Positions 1 through 8,667 of a DNA stretch of 64,000 bases are shown here, in pieces. The notes under the pieces were generated by a model. The model ran no database searches and was not told the DNA's origin. It saw nothing but the letters and a program-made list of their open reading frames with translations. The stretch lies in the NCBI GenBank assembly GCA_034664125.1, contig JAXDIG010000023.1:4025-68024 (forward strand). The letters are read 5' to 3'. The first letter of the stretch is position 1; each line of letters starts with the position of its first letter. This DNA comes from Thermoleophilaceae bacterium. GTDB lineage: Bacteria; Actinomycetota; Thermoleophilia; Solirubrobacterales; Thermoleophilaceae. Made by a program: the position numbers and the translations under genes.

Positions 1-1283
1 GCGTCCTGCATGTGGCGGTCGAGTTCCTCGAGCAGCGCCTCGCCCGCGCCGGGGCCCTCGAAGTGGCCCAGGGCGAGGTCGACCTGGCGGCGATAGGCGT
101 TCGGGTCGAGGTCGCCCAGGCACGGGGAAACGCAGCGACCCATCTGCCCGTAGGCGGACGGGTGCTCGCGCGTCTTCAGCGTGCGGCCGCAGTGGCGCAG
201 GCGATACAGGGAGGTGAGCTGGTCGGCGAGCTCGGCGGCGAGCGCGCGCGATCCGAGCGGCCCGACGTTGACCGCGTGGCCCGGGGCGGGCTCCGACGCC
301 ACCTCCAGGACCGGGTAGGGGATGTCGAGCCGGCAGCGCAGGTAGCAGTAGCGGTCGGTGCGCTTGAGCTTCACGTTGCCGGCCGGCTTCCACTGCTTGA
401 TCAGCCGGTTCTCGAGCACCAGTGCGCCCAGCTCCGAGTTGGTGGGCCGGTAGTCCACGATCGCGGCCCGCTCGGTCCAGCCCGCCGGCGCGCAGAAGTG
501 GGCCCGGGCGCGCGAGCGCAGCGACACCGACTTGCCCACGTAGAGCGGGCGGCCGCGCTCGTCGCGAAAGATGTACACGCCCGGGTCGTCAGGCAGCGTG
601 GACAGATCGGGGCGCTCGGAGGGTGGGATGCGCTCCGCCGGCTCGGTCTTGCGCGCCCGCCGGCGGCTGCGCACGAGGTCGAGCGCTTCGGCGACGGTCA
701 CGGCGTTGGCGCACACGCGCGGGAACAGGGCGCAGAACACGCGGGCGCACGTGAGGGCGTCGGGCAGGGCGCGGTGCACCTCCTCCACCTCGATGCCGAG
801 CGAGTCGGCCAGCGGAGCGAGCGCCCGCTTGCGCGCGAGCGGGGCGAAGCGGCGCGCCAGCTGCACGGTGCAGAGCACCGGCGGCTTGGGCCAGTCCAGG
901 CCGCAGCGCTCGAACGCCTGGCGCAGCACGCGCGTGTCGAAGCGCGCGGAGTGGGCGATCAGCACCCGGCCGGCGAGCAGCTCGCCGATCTCCTCGAGCA
1001 CCTCCCGCGGCGGAGGAGCGGCGTCGACCATCGCCTGGGTGATCCCGGTGAAGCGCTGGATCCCGCGCGAGAGCGGCCGTTCCGTCCGCACCACCGAGTC
1101 GAATGTCTCGTGCAGCTCGCCTCCACCGACAAGCACGGCCCCAACCTCGGTGAGCTCACAGAGGTCGCCCGCCAACCCGTTCGTCTCGGTGTCGACGGCG
1201 AGAAACTCGGCCTCGGCCAGTGGCTGGTCGCGCAAATCCACGAACGACCGATGCAACCGCCCGGGCCGGACGGACTGGTGCAC
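1..1283 (-). CDS. DEDD (DnaQ-like) 3'-5' exonuclease fused to a GIY-YIG (UvrC/Cho-like) nuclease domain; the 3' end runs off the window
   Basis: This is my own minus-strand translation. The ORF is absent from the track because it has no stop in the window. Exonuclease motifs are FLAVDTETNGL (Exo I), IAHSARFDTRVL (Exo II) and HRALPDALTCARVF (Exo III). GIY-YIG motifs follow: PGVYIFRDERGRPLYVGKSVSLRSRARAHF and ENRLIKQWKPAGN. GTG at 1283 is the first plausible start. The plus ORF 12..1322 is its antisense shadow. Confidence 0.8.
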   Translation of the reverse strand, partial: MHQSVRPGRLHRSFVDLRDQPLAEAEFLAVDTETNGLAGDLCELTEVGAVLVGGGELHETFDSVVRTERPLSRGIQRFTGITQAMVDAAPPPREVLEEIGELLAGRVLIAHSARFDTRVLRQAFERCGLDWPKPPVLCTVQLARRFAPLARKRALAPLADSLGIEVEEVHRALPDALTCARVFCALFPRVCANAVTVAEALDLVRSRRRARKTEPAERIPPSERPDLSTLPDDPGVYIFRDERGRPLYVGKSVSLRSRARAHFCAPAGWTERAAIVDYRPTNSELGALVLENRLIKQWKPAGNVKLKRTDRYCYLRCRLDIPYPVLEVASEPAPGHAVNVGPLGSRALAAELADQLTSLYRLRHCGRTLKTREHPSAYGQMGRCVSPCLGDLDPNAYRRQVDLALGHFEGPGAGEALLEELDRHMQD

Positions 1284-1324
1284 GTACTGCAGCGACAAGG
1301 GGGCGGCGCGGTGTGTGGGTAGCA

Positions 1325-1403
1325 AACCGCGCGCATATGACCCGAATTGCTACCCGCACTCCGGGGTGGTGGGAGTGTGGTCGTCGAACCGCGCGCATAT
1401 GAC
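1325..1403. repeat. Two copies of the 17-mer AACCGCGCGCATATGAC (1325-1341 and 1387-1403), 62 bp apart, in the divergent nuclease/radA intergenic region
   Basis: The two 17-nt copies are identical by direct reading. Confidence 0.85.
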
Positions 1404-1426
1404 GCAAAACGGAACACGCACTTGCC

Positions 1427-1479
1427 GCGGCGGCGGCGCACCACCCTGGTTGCGCGGCGGCGGCGCACCACCTGGTTGC
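1427..1479. repeat. Tandem 27/26-bp duplication GCGGCGGCGGCGCACCACC(C)TGGTTGC x2 upstream of radA
   Basis: The copies are adjacent (1427-1453 and 1454-1479) and differ by one C. Confidence 0.85.
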
Positions 1480-1545
1480 CGCAGTTACGGGCGCCGGCGC
1501 CGCCGGGGGGCGAGAGCATCCGCCACGGCGCTTAGCCTCGCAAGC

Positions 1546-2919
1546 ATGCCGCGTTCCGCCACCGACTACAGCTGCAGCTCCTGCGGCCACGAGAGCCCCA
1601 AGTGGCACGGGCGCTGCCCCGGCTGCGGCGAGTGGAACTCGCTCGTGGAGGAGGCGCGCGCCGCGCCATCCGCTCGAAGTGCCGCAGGCGGCTCGGCCAA
1701 CGGCCCCCGTCGCTCGGGCGCCCGTGCCCTCAAGCCGGTCCCGCTCGCCGACGTCCAGGCCCCCGCGGTCGCGCGCCTCTCGACCGGCATCGGCGAGTTC
1801 GACCGCGTGCTCGGCGGTGGGCTGGTGCCGGGCTCGCTGGTGCTGATCGGCGGCTCGCCGGGGATCGGCAAGTCAACGCTCACGAGCGCGGCGCTCGGGA
1901 ACCTCGCGGCCGCGGGGCACCGCGTGCTGTACGTGTCCGGCGAGGAGTCGGCAGCCCAGGTCAAGCTGCGCGCCGAGCGCCTCGGGGGCCAGGCGCTGAG
2001 CGTGCCGATCGTCGCCGAAACCGACCTCGACGCCGTTCTGGCCACACTCGAGGCCGAGCGCCCCGACGCCTGCGTGATCGACTCCGTTCAGGTGCTCTTC
2101 GACCCGGCCCTCACGGGCGCACCGGGGTCCGTTGGCCAGGTGCGCGAGGTGGCCGGCCGGATCATGCGCGTCGCCAAGCAGCTCGGCATCGCCACGCTGC
2201 TGGTGGGCCACGTGACCAAGGAGGGCTCGCTGGCCGGGCCGCGCGTGCTGGAGCACCTGGTCGACTGCGTGCTCTCGTTCGAAGGCGAGCGGGAGCGCAC
2301 CTACCGCACGCTGCGCGCGCTCAAGAACCGCTTCGGCTCGACCAACGAGGTGGGTGTCTTCGAGATGGCCGAGCAGGGCCTTGTCGAGGTGGCGGACGCC
2401 TCCGAGCGCTTCGTGACCGAGGCCACCCGCGCGCCCGGGTCGGTCGTGCTCTGCGCGATGGAGGGCTCGCGGCCGCTGCTGGTCGAGGTGCAGGCGCTGG
2501 TGGCTCCCAGCGAGCTGGTGCCGCCGCGGCGCGTGGCCAACGGGGTGGACCGCAACCGCCTCGCGCTGGTGCTGGCGGTGCTGGCGCGGCACGGCGGGCT
2601 GGGGCTCGGCTCGAGCGACGTGTTCGTCTCAGTGGCCGGCGGGGTGCGGGTCGACGAGCCGGGGGCGGATCTGGCCATCGCGCTCGCACTGGCCTCGGCG
2701 GCGAAGGGCACGCAGCTCGAAGGCGACGGCAAGCCGCTGGCGGCGTTCGGCGAGCTGGGGCTCACCGGCGAGCTGCGCCACGTGGCCCACGCCGACCGGC
2801 GCCTGGCCGAGGCGGCCAAGTTCGGTCTGGACGCCGTCGTGAGACCGGGCGACCGCACGACGACCTTGCGCCAGGCCCTTCAATTGGTGGCCGGAACCCC
2901 CCGGGCACGCGCCGCCTAG
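1546..2919 (+). CDS. radA: DNA repair protein RadA (Sms)
   Basis: The N-terminus carries a zinc finger, MPRSATDYSCSSCGHESPKWHGRCPGCGEWNSL. A Walker A motif (GGSPGIGKST) and a KNRFG motif are present, followed by a Lon-like C-terminal domain. The ATG at 1546 is in frame within the over-long track ORF 571..2919. Confidence 0.95.
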   Translation: MPRSATDYSCSSCGHESPKWHGRCPGCGEWNSLVEEARAAPSARSAAGGSANGPRRSGARALKPVPLADVQAPAVARLSTGIGEFDRVLGGGLVPGSLVLIGGSPGIGKSTLTSAALGNLAAAGHRVLYVSGEESAAQVKLRAERLGGQALSVPIVAETDLDAVLATLEAERPDACVIDSVQVLFDPALTGAPGSVGQVREVAGRIMRVAKQLGIATLLVGHVTKEGSLAGPRVLEHLVDCVLSFEGERERTYRTLRALKNRFGSTNEVGVFEMAEQGLVEVADASERFVTEATRAPGSVVLCAMEGSRPLLVEVQALVAPSELVPPRRVANGVDRNRLALVLAVLARHGGLGLGSSDVFVSVAGGVRVDEPGADLAIALALASAAKGTQLEGDGKPLAAFGELGLTGELRHVAHADRRLAEAAKFGLDAVVRPGDRTTTLRQALQLVAGTPRARAA

Positions 2920-2976
2920 CCCGAAAACCGCTGCTCAGAGCCAAAACGGACGCAAGTCGCAAGCGTTTCCCGTAGA

Positions 2977-4095
2977 ATGGGGTCGATGCCGTATGCCGGG
3001 GATGATGTAGCAGAGCTTGAAGCCCGGCAGGAACCAAGGCTCGTACGGGCTCTGGAGATGGTGGCTCCCGGCACGGCTGTGCGGGAAGGCCTAGACAACA
3101 CCGTCCAGGGTCGGACCGGCGCCCTCATCTGTATCGGGGAGTCGGAAGAGCTGAGCTTCCTGCTGTCGGGTGGAGTCAAGCTCGACGTCGACTACACGCC
3201 GGCGATGCTCTACCAGCTCGCCAAGATGGACGGGGCGATCGTGCTCGCCTCCAACGGCACCAAGATCCTGTGGGCGAACGTGCAGCTGATGCCGGACCCC
3301 ACGATCCTGTCGCTGGAAACCGGCACGCGTCACCGCACGGCCGAGCGCGTCTCGAAGCAGACGGACGCGCTCGTCATCGCCATCTCCGCCAGCCGCAGCG
3401 TGGTTTCGCTGTATCTGGACGGGGCGAAGTACATCCTCGAGGACATCCCGGTCGTGCTGGCCAAGGCCAACCAGGCCCTGGCCACGCTCGACAAGTACCG
3501 CAGCCGCCTGGACCAGGTTTCCACGCGCCTCACGGCGCTCGAGTTCGAGGGCGGCGTCACGCTGCACGACCTGCTCACGGTGCTCCAGCGCGCCGAGCTG
3601 GTCACGCGAATGGCCGTGGAGATCGAGCGCTACATCGTCGAGCTGGGCGCCGAGGGGCGCCTGATCGAGATGCAGCTCGAGGAAACCATGGTCGGGGTGG
3701 CCGCCGACAAGTCGGCTCTCGTGCGCGACTACATCGTTGAGTCCTCCGAGGAGGGCTTCGCGATGGTGCTGGACTCGCTGGCCCGGCTGCCTCACCAGGA
3801 CCTGCTGGACTTCGGTCGCCTCGCCGAGCTGCTCGGCCACGACCGCAAGCTGAACACCCTCGACCACCCCGCCTCGCCACGCGGCTACCGCATCCTGGGG
3901 CGCATTCCGCGCATTCCCAAGATGGTGGTGCAGTCGATCGTGAGCGAGTTCAGCGGGCTGGACGAGATCCTCGCCGCTTCCGATCCGGAGCTGGAGTCCG
4001 TCGAGGGAGTCGGGGACATGCGCGCGAAGGACATCCGCGAGGGCCTTCGCCGCCTGCAGGAGATCAACCTCGTGGACCGCTACTTGCAAACTTGA
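2977..4095 (+). CDS. disA: DNA integrity scanning protein DisA (diadenylate cyclase)
   Basis: The DAC domain includes RTGALICIG and DGAIVL...RHRTAERVS. A C-terminal HhH region is present. The gene sits immediately after radA, the classic arrangement. Confidence 0.93.
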   Translation: MGSMPYAGDDVAELEARQEPRLVRALEMVAPGTAVREGLDNTVQGRTGALICIGESEELSFLLSGGVKLDVDYTPAMLYQLAKMDGAIVLASNGTKILWANVQLMPDPTILSLETGTRHRTAERVSKQTDALVIAISASRSVVSLYLDGAKYILEDIPVVLAKANQALATLDKYRSRLDQVSTRLTALEFEGGVTLHDLLTVLQRAELVTRMAVEIERYIVELGAEGRLIEMQLEETMVGVAADKSALVRDYIVESSEEGFAMVLDSLARLPHQDLLDFGRLAELLGHDRKLNTLDHPASPRGYRILGRIPRIPKMVVQSIVSEFSGLDEILAASDPELESVEGVGDMRAKDIREGLRRLQEINLVDRYLQT

Positions 4096-4155
4096 GAACC
4101 AGGGCGGCACGAACGCCGCCTCGACCGCGTAGGAGGGAACACCATTAGCGACGCA

Positions 4156-4737
4156 GTGATGGAGACGGAGCTCGACATCGAAGACCTCGAGATCGAAGTC
4201 GACCGCCCGCCGGCCGTCTACGAGATCGGCGACCAGGTCGTCTACCCGCATCATGGGGCTGGCAAGGTCCTCAAGAAGGAGATGAAGGAGGTGCTCGGCG
4301 AGAACCGGGAGTACCTGACCATCAAGATCCTTCATAACGACATGACCGTGATGGTCCCGTGCTGCAACGCCGACAAGGCGGGTCTGAGGCGCGTGATCGG
4401 GGAGGCCGACGTCAAGAAGGTGCTTGGTGTCCTCCGCGACGATGTGAGCCAGATGCCGAAGAACTGGAACCGGCGGTTCAAGCACAACCGCGAGAAGATC
4501 AAGACCGGTGATGTCTTCGAGCTCGCCGAGGTTGTCCGCAACCTCGCGATTCGCGAGCAGGAGAAGGGTCTCTCCACCGGCGAGAAGCAGATGTACACGC
4601 GCGCGAAGAAGATCCTCGCGTCCGAGCTGATGTACGCGCTCGTAATGGAGGAGGACGAGGCGGAAGGGCATCTCGAGGGGCTGATCGTCGACGCGCACAC
4701 CAGCCGCAACGGCGCGGCCGAGCCCGCGACCGCGTAG
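4156..4737 (+). CDS. carD: CarD-family transcriptional regulator
   Basis: The sequence reads YEIGDQVVYPHHGAGKVLKKE...REYLTIKIL...PKNWNRRFKHNREKIKTGD. The N-terminal 20-25 aa and the exact start are uncertain. Confidence 0.9.
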   Translation: MMETELDIEDLEIEVDRPPAVYEIGDQVVYPHHGAGKVLKKEMKEVLGENREYLTIKILHNDMTVMVPCCNADKAGLRRVIGEADVKKVLGVLRDDVSQMPKNWNRRFKHNREKIKTGDVFELAEVVRNLAIREQEKGLSTGEKQMYTRAKKILASELMYALVMEEDEAEGHLEGLIVDAHTSRNGAAEPATA

Positions 4738-4748
4738 GACGAACACCT

Positions 4749-5375
4749 GTGTCCGTCGTCGGGATCGTTCCCGCCGGCGGCAGCGGCGAACGCCTTGGGG
4801 CCGACCGGCCCAAGGCGTTCGTCGTTTGTGCCGGCCGTCCGCTGATCGAGTGGAGTCTCGAGGTGCTCGAGACCGTCTGCGACCGCGTCGTAGTGGCAGC
4901 CCCTCGGGACTGGCTGCGTCCCGGCTGGGTCGAGGGGGGGCCGTCGCGCTCGGCGTCCGTGCGCAACGCGCTCGCGGCAGCTCCGGAGGCGCGCACGGCG
5001 GTCGTGCACGACGCCGCCCGGCCGCTGGTGACCCGTGAGCTGGTGGAGGCCTGCCTGGACGCCCTGATGGGGGTCGATGCCGCCATCGCCGCCGCCCCGG
5101 TGACCGACACGGTCAAGGAGGCCTACCCTGACGGCACGGTGCTGCGGACGCTCGACCGCTCGCGCCTGTGGGCGGTGCAGACGCCCCAGGTGTTCCGGGC
5201 GGACGCCCTGCGCCGGGCGCTGGACGCCGACGACGCCACGCTGGCCGCGGCCACCGACGACGCGTCGCTCATCGAGGCCGCCGGCGGGACGGTGCGGCTG
5301 GTCGAGGCCCCGCCCGGGAACATCAAGGTGACCACCGAGGCCGACCTCGCCCGCGCGGAGGCCGCGCTGTGCTGA
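4749..5375 (+). CDS. ispD: 2-C-methyl-D-erythritol 4-phosphate cytidylyltransferase
   Basis: The protein begins VGIVPAGGSGERLGADRPKAF and is similar to IspD throughout. The start is GTG. Confidence 0.9.
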   Translation: MSVVGIVPAGGSGERLGADRPKAFVVCAGRPLIEWSLEVLETVCDRVVVAAPRDWLRPGWVEGGPSRSASVRNALAAAPEARTAVVHDAARPLVTRELVEACLDALMGVDAAIAAAPVTDTVKEAYPDGTVLRTLDRSRLWAVQTPQVFRADALRRALDADDATLAAATDDASLIEAAGGTVRLVEAPPGNIKVTTEADLARAEAALC

Positions 5376-6208
5376 CCGACTACCACGTGCACCTGCGCCC
5401 TGACGAGGACGACTCGCCGGCGGAGCGCTACTTCACCCAGGACAACGTCGACCGCTACCGCGAAGGCGCGGCCGAGCGCGGGATCGCGGAGCTGGGCGTG
5501 GCCGAGCACATCCACCGCTTCGTCCAGTCGCTCGACGTCTGGACCCACCCCTGGTACCGCCACTGGGCGCGTGACGACGTGGACGAGTACGTCGACTTCC
5601 TGCGCGCCTCCGAGCTCAAGGTCGGCATCGAGGCGGACTTCCTGCCGGGCAGGGAAGACCGGCTCGCCAACTTCCTCGACGGGCGCGATTGGGACTACGT
5701 GGTCGGCTCGGTGCACTTCCTGCGCGACGAGGCGGTGGACTTCCACGGCTATCCGGATTGGGAGCCCTGGAACATCTGGCGCGGAGCCGATCCCGAGAAG
5801 GTGTGGGCGCGCTACTTCGAGACGCTCGGCGAGGGAGCCCGCACGGGCCTGTTCGACATCATGGCCCACCCGGACCTCGTGAAGGTGTGGGGCAGCCGCG
5901 TGCCGGTGCCCGAGGGCGACCTGCGCCGCTTCTACGAGCGGGCGATGGACGGGATCGCCGAGTCGAGCGTGGCGATCGAGGTGTCGACCGCCGGCCTGCG
6001 CAAGCCGGTCGGCGAGATCTACCCCGCGCCCGCCTTTCTCGAGATGTGCCTCGAAGCGGGTCGCCCGGTGGCGCTGTCGAGCGACGCCCACACGCCCGAG
6101 CAGCTCGGCTACGAGTACGAGCGGGCGGTTGAGATGCTGGGCGAGCTGGGCGTGGAGGAGATCGCGGTGTTCGACCGGCGCGGGCAGCGGCTGGAGGCGC
6201 TCGGATGA
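5369..6208 (+). CDS. PHP-family histidinol-phosphatase-like phosphoesterase (HisJ/HisK type)
   Basis: The protein starts VLTDYHVHLRPDEDD and contains AEHIHRF, GSVHFL, MAHPDL and SSDAH, the PHP metal-binding motifs. The GTG at 5369 overlaps the ispD stop. Its stop overlaps the ispF ATG (ATGA). Confidence 0.8.
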   Translation: MLTDYHVHLRPDEDDSPAERYFTQDNVDRYREGAAERGIAELGVAEHIHRFVQSLDVWTHPWYRHWARDDVDEYVDFLRASELKVGIEADFLPGREDRLANFLDGRDWDYVVGSVHFLRDEAVDFHGYPDWEPWNIWRGADPEKVWARYFETLGEGARTGLFDIMAHPDLVKVWGSRVPVPEGDLRRFYERAMDGIAESSVAIEVSTAGLRKPVGEIYPAPAFLEMCLEAGRPVALSSDAHTPEQLGYEYERAVEMLGELGVEEIAVFDRRGQRLEALG

Positions 6209-6666
6209 CCGCCGGCATCGGCTGGGACTCGCACCGCCTCGAGGGCGGCCGGCCGCTGGTGCTGGGCGGGGTGGAGATCCCCGGGGCGGCGCGCGGCCTG
6301 GTCGGATGGTCGGACGCCGACGTGCTCACCCACGCCGTGATCGACGCACTGCTCGGTGCGGCGGGGCTGGGCGACATCGGCCAGCACTTCCCGGACACCG
6401 ACGAGCGCTGGCGCGGCGCGGACTCGATCGACCTGCTGAGGGCGGTGGGGGAGATGCTGCCCGGACCGGTCGCGCACGTGGACGCGACGGTGATGTGCGA
6501 GGCGCCCAAGCTGGCCCCTCAACGCGACGCCATGCGGGCACGCCTGGCCGAAGCGCTGGGCCTGGAGCCGGCGGCCGTGAACGTGAAGTTCACGACCGGC
6601 GAGGGCATCGGCTTCGTCGGCCGAGGCGAGGGCATCGCCGCGATGGCGATCGCGACGCTGGTCTAG
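6205..6666 (+). CDS. ispF: 2-C-methyl-D-erythritol 2,4-cyclodiphosphate synthase
   Basis: The sequence reads IGWDSHRL...GWSDADVLTHAVIDALLGAAGLGDIGQHFPDTD. Confidence 0.93.
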   Translation: MTAGIGWDSHRLEGGRPLVLGGVEIPGAARGLVGWSDADVLTHAVIDALLGAAGLGDIGQHFPDTDERWRGADSIDLLRAVGEMLPGPVAHVDATVMCEAPKLAPQRDAMRARLAEALGLEPAAVNVKFTTGEGIGFVGRGEGIAAMAIATLV

Positions 6667-6675
6667 ATTCCGCGC

Positions 6676-8046
6676 ATGCACCGTGACGACCTGCCCTTCG
6701 CCGGCGCCGTCCGGCAGGCGGAGATGGTCCGCCGCGGCGAGCTCTCCTCGCGCGAGCTGGTCGAGCTTTACCTGGAGCGGATCGAGCGGCTCGATCCCGA
6801 GCTGAACGCGTTCCGCACCGTCACCGGCGAGCGCGCCCTCGCCGACGCCAAGCAGGCCGACGCGCGTCGCGGCGCCGGGGACGACCGCCCCCTTCTCGGC
6901 GTGCCGATCGGCGTCAAGGACACCGAGGACGTGACCGGCGAGATCACCACCTGGGGCACCGCGGCCCACGGTGGGCCCGCGCAGCGCGACAACGACTTCG
7001 TCGCGCGGCTGCGGTCGGCCGGCGCGGTCATCCTCGGCAAGACCAACCTGCCCGAGCTGGCGATCATGGGCTCCACGGAGGGGCCCGCCTTCGGGATCAC
7101 GCGCAACCCCTGGAACAGCGACCGGACGCCGGGTGGCTCAAGCGGCGGCAGCGCAGCGGCCGTGGCAGCCGGCCTGTGCGCCGCGGCCACCGCCACGGAC
7201 GGCATGGGGTCGATCCGCATCCCGGCGTCCTGCTGCGGGCTGGTCGGCCTCAAGCCCCAGCGCGACCGCATAGCCATCGCCCCGCATTGGCACGGGCTCA
7301 GCGTGGTGGGCTTCGTGACCCGCACCGTGGCCGACACCGCGCTGATGCTCGACGTCGCTGCGACCAATCCGCCCGAGCGGCTCTACGCGGAGTCGGCCGC
7401 CCGGCCGCCGTCGAGGCTCCGGATCGCGCTGTCGCTGAAGACGCCGTTCCCGCCCACGCCCGTGGAGGGCTCGGTGCGCGCGTCGATCGAGGGAGTCGCC
7501 GACCGCCTGCGCGCGCTCGGTCACGAGGTAGTGGAGCGCGATCCTGGCTACGGGCGGGCGACCGACGCGTTGATCCCGCGCTACCTGAGCGGCGTCGCCG
7601 AGGACGCGGCGAGCATGCCGCGGCCCGAGCGCCTCCAGCGGCGCACGCGCGGCTTCGCGCGCATCGGCCGGATGCTGCCGGGCGCACTCGTGGAGCGGGC
7701 GCTGCGCGCCGAGGCCGAGCACGCGTCGCGGATCGGCGAGCTGTTCCGCGACCACGATCTGCTGCTCACGCCCGTGGCGGCGCGCCCGCCTGTGGACGCC
7801 GCTCAGTGGGAAGGCATCGGCGCAGCGCGCACGCTGCTCGGCATGTCGCGGACGTATCCGTTCACCGGCATCTGGAACATGACCGGCCAGCCGGCGATCT
7901 CGATCCCCGCCGCGCCCTCTGCCGACGGCCTGCCCGTGGGAGCGCAGCTGGTCGGCCCGCCGGACGGCGAGCCGCTGCTGCTCTCGGTGGCCGGCCAGCT
8001 GGAGCGGGAGCTGGGCTGGCCGGAGCGCCGCCCGCCGCTGTCCTGA
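6676..8046 (+). CDS. Amidase-signature family amidase
   Basis: The amidase signature is present: GVPIGVKDT and GGSSGGSAAAVAAG. Confidence 0.88.
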   Translation: MHRDDLPFAGAVRQAEMVRRGELSSRELVELYLERIERLDPELNAFRTVTGERALADAKQADARRGAGDDRPLLGVPIGVKDTEDVTGEITTWGTAAHGGPAQRDNDFVARLRSAGAVILGKTNLPELAIMGSTEGPAFGITRNPWNSDRTPGGSSGGSAAAVAAGLCAAATATDGMGSIRIPASCCGLVGLKPQRDRIAIAPHWHGLSVVGFVTRTVADTALMLDVAATNPPERLYAESAARPPSRLRIALSLKTPFPPTPVEGSVRASIEGVADRLRALGHEVVERDPGYGRATDALIPRYLSGVAEDAASMPRPERLQRRTRGFARIGRMLPGALVERALRAEAEHASRIGELFRDHDLLLTPVAARPPVDAAQWEGIGAARTLLGMSRTYPFTGIWNMTGQPAISIPAAPSADGLPVGAQLVGPPDGEPLLLSVAGQLERELGWPERRPPLS

Positions 8047-8048
8047 GC

Positions 8049-8570
8049 TCAGGCGGCGGCCGCCAGGTCCTCCTTCGCCGCGCCGACCGGATCGAGCGCC
8101 AGCCTGGCCACCCGCACGGTGTAGCGCAGCGACTGGTCGCTGTCTCGATACAGCGGGCTGCAGCCGTCGGTCAGCAGGCGCGACGTCATCGCCGCCCCCT
8201 GGACGTCGATCGGCGCCTCGTCGCGCAGCCGCCGGGCGAGGGCGAGCAGGTCCTCTGCGCAATCCCGCACGTCAGCTCGGCGCACGGGCACCTCGGCGGT
8301 GAAGGGCGCACCCTGAGTGCGCGCGTGCTCCAGCGCGCTGTCGACGCGGTTGGCGAGCTGCCCGCGGCTGTGCAGCAGCTGCGCGGCGCGCAGCTCGAGC
8401 TCCTCAGACGCGGCCGGGTCCACGCCTCGGGCCAGGTGCTGGTCCAGCCGCTCTCGGTGCCACGCGACCCGCAACCTCAGCGCCACGGAAGGGCGCAGAC
8501 CTTCGCGCGCGGACGTGCGTTGCTTGTCCTGGTACCGAAACTTCGGAACGGGATAGATGCCGTTTGGCAT
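8049..8570 (-). CDS. Hypothetical protein
   Basis: The ATG at 8570 is preceded by AAGAAGGAGACCAC, a good Shine-Dalgarno sequence. The protein begins MPNGIYPVPKFRYQDKQ. I recognise no domain. The track start at 8762 looks over-extended. Confidence 0.55.
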   Translation of the reverse strand: MPNGIYPVPKFRYQDKQRTSAREGLRPSVALRLRVAWHRERLDQHLARGVDPAASEELELRAAQLLHSRGQLANRVDSALEHARTQGAPFTAEVPVRRADVRDCAEDLLALARRLRDEAPIDVQGAAMTSRLLTDGCSPLYRDSDQSLRYTVRVARLALDPVGAAKEDLAAAA

Positions 8571-8667
8571 GTGGTCTCCTTCTTCTGGTTGTGACCACAG
8601 ATCCTGCCCACGGTCCGCGACCCCGCCCATGGGGGAAGACACCGATCTTCGAGGTGGGGCAGCCCCC

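Noticed and set aside
12-1322. A 436-aa plus-strand ORF at the left edge.
   Set aside because: It has Arg/Ala/Gly-rich nonsense composition and lies exactly antisense to a minus-strand frame with clear DEDD exonuclease and GIY-YIG motifs. It is a typical high-GC shadow ORF.
1384-1397. A possible LexA box upstream of radA (TCGAAC CGCG CGCATA).
   Set aside because: Only the left half-site matches; the right arm is not GTTCGA.
571-1545. The N-terminal 325 aa of the 782-aa track ORF that contains RadA.
   Set aside because: It has no similarity to anything and an Arg/Ser-rich composition, and it crosses the divergent intergenic repeats. RadA begins with its zinc finger at ATG 1546.
3091-4746. 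Long antisense or off-frame ORFs opposite well-supported genes. Other examples are 9357..11510, 15448..16806, 22968..24641, 26241..29042, 38353..39711, 47733..49286, 48796..50946, 54139..55512 and 56356..58494.
   Set aside because: Each is antisense to or out of frame with a gene bearing unambiguous catalytic motifs. Their translations are low-complexity R/A/G/P strings. Stop codons are rare in every frame of very GC-rich DNA.
6676-8046. The two amidase paralogues (6676-8046 and 58958-60385) considered as GatA of the Glu/Asp-tRNA amidotransferase.
   Set aside because: No gatC or gatB is adjacent, and the sequence outside the amidase signature is not recognisably GatA-like to me. I kept them as generic amidases.
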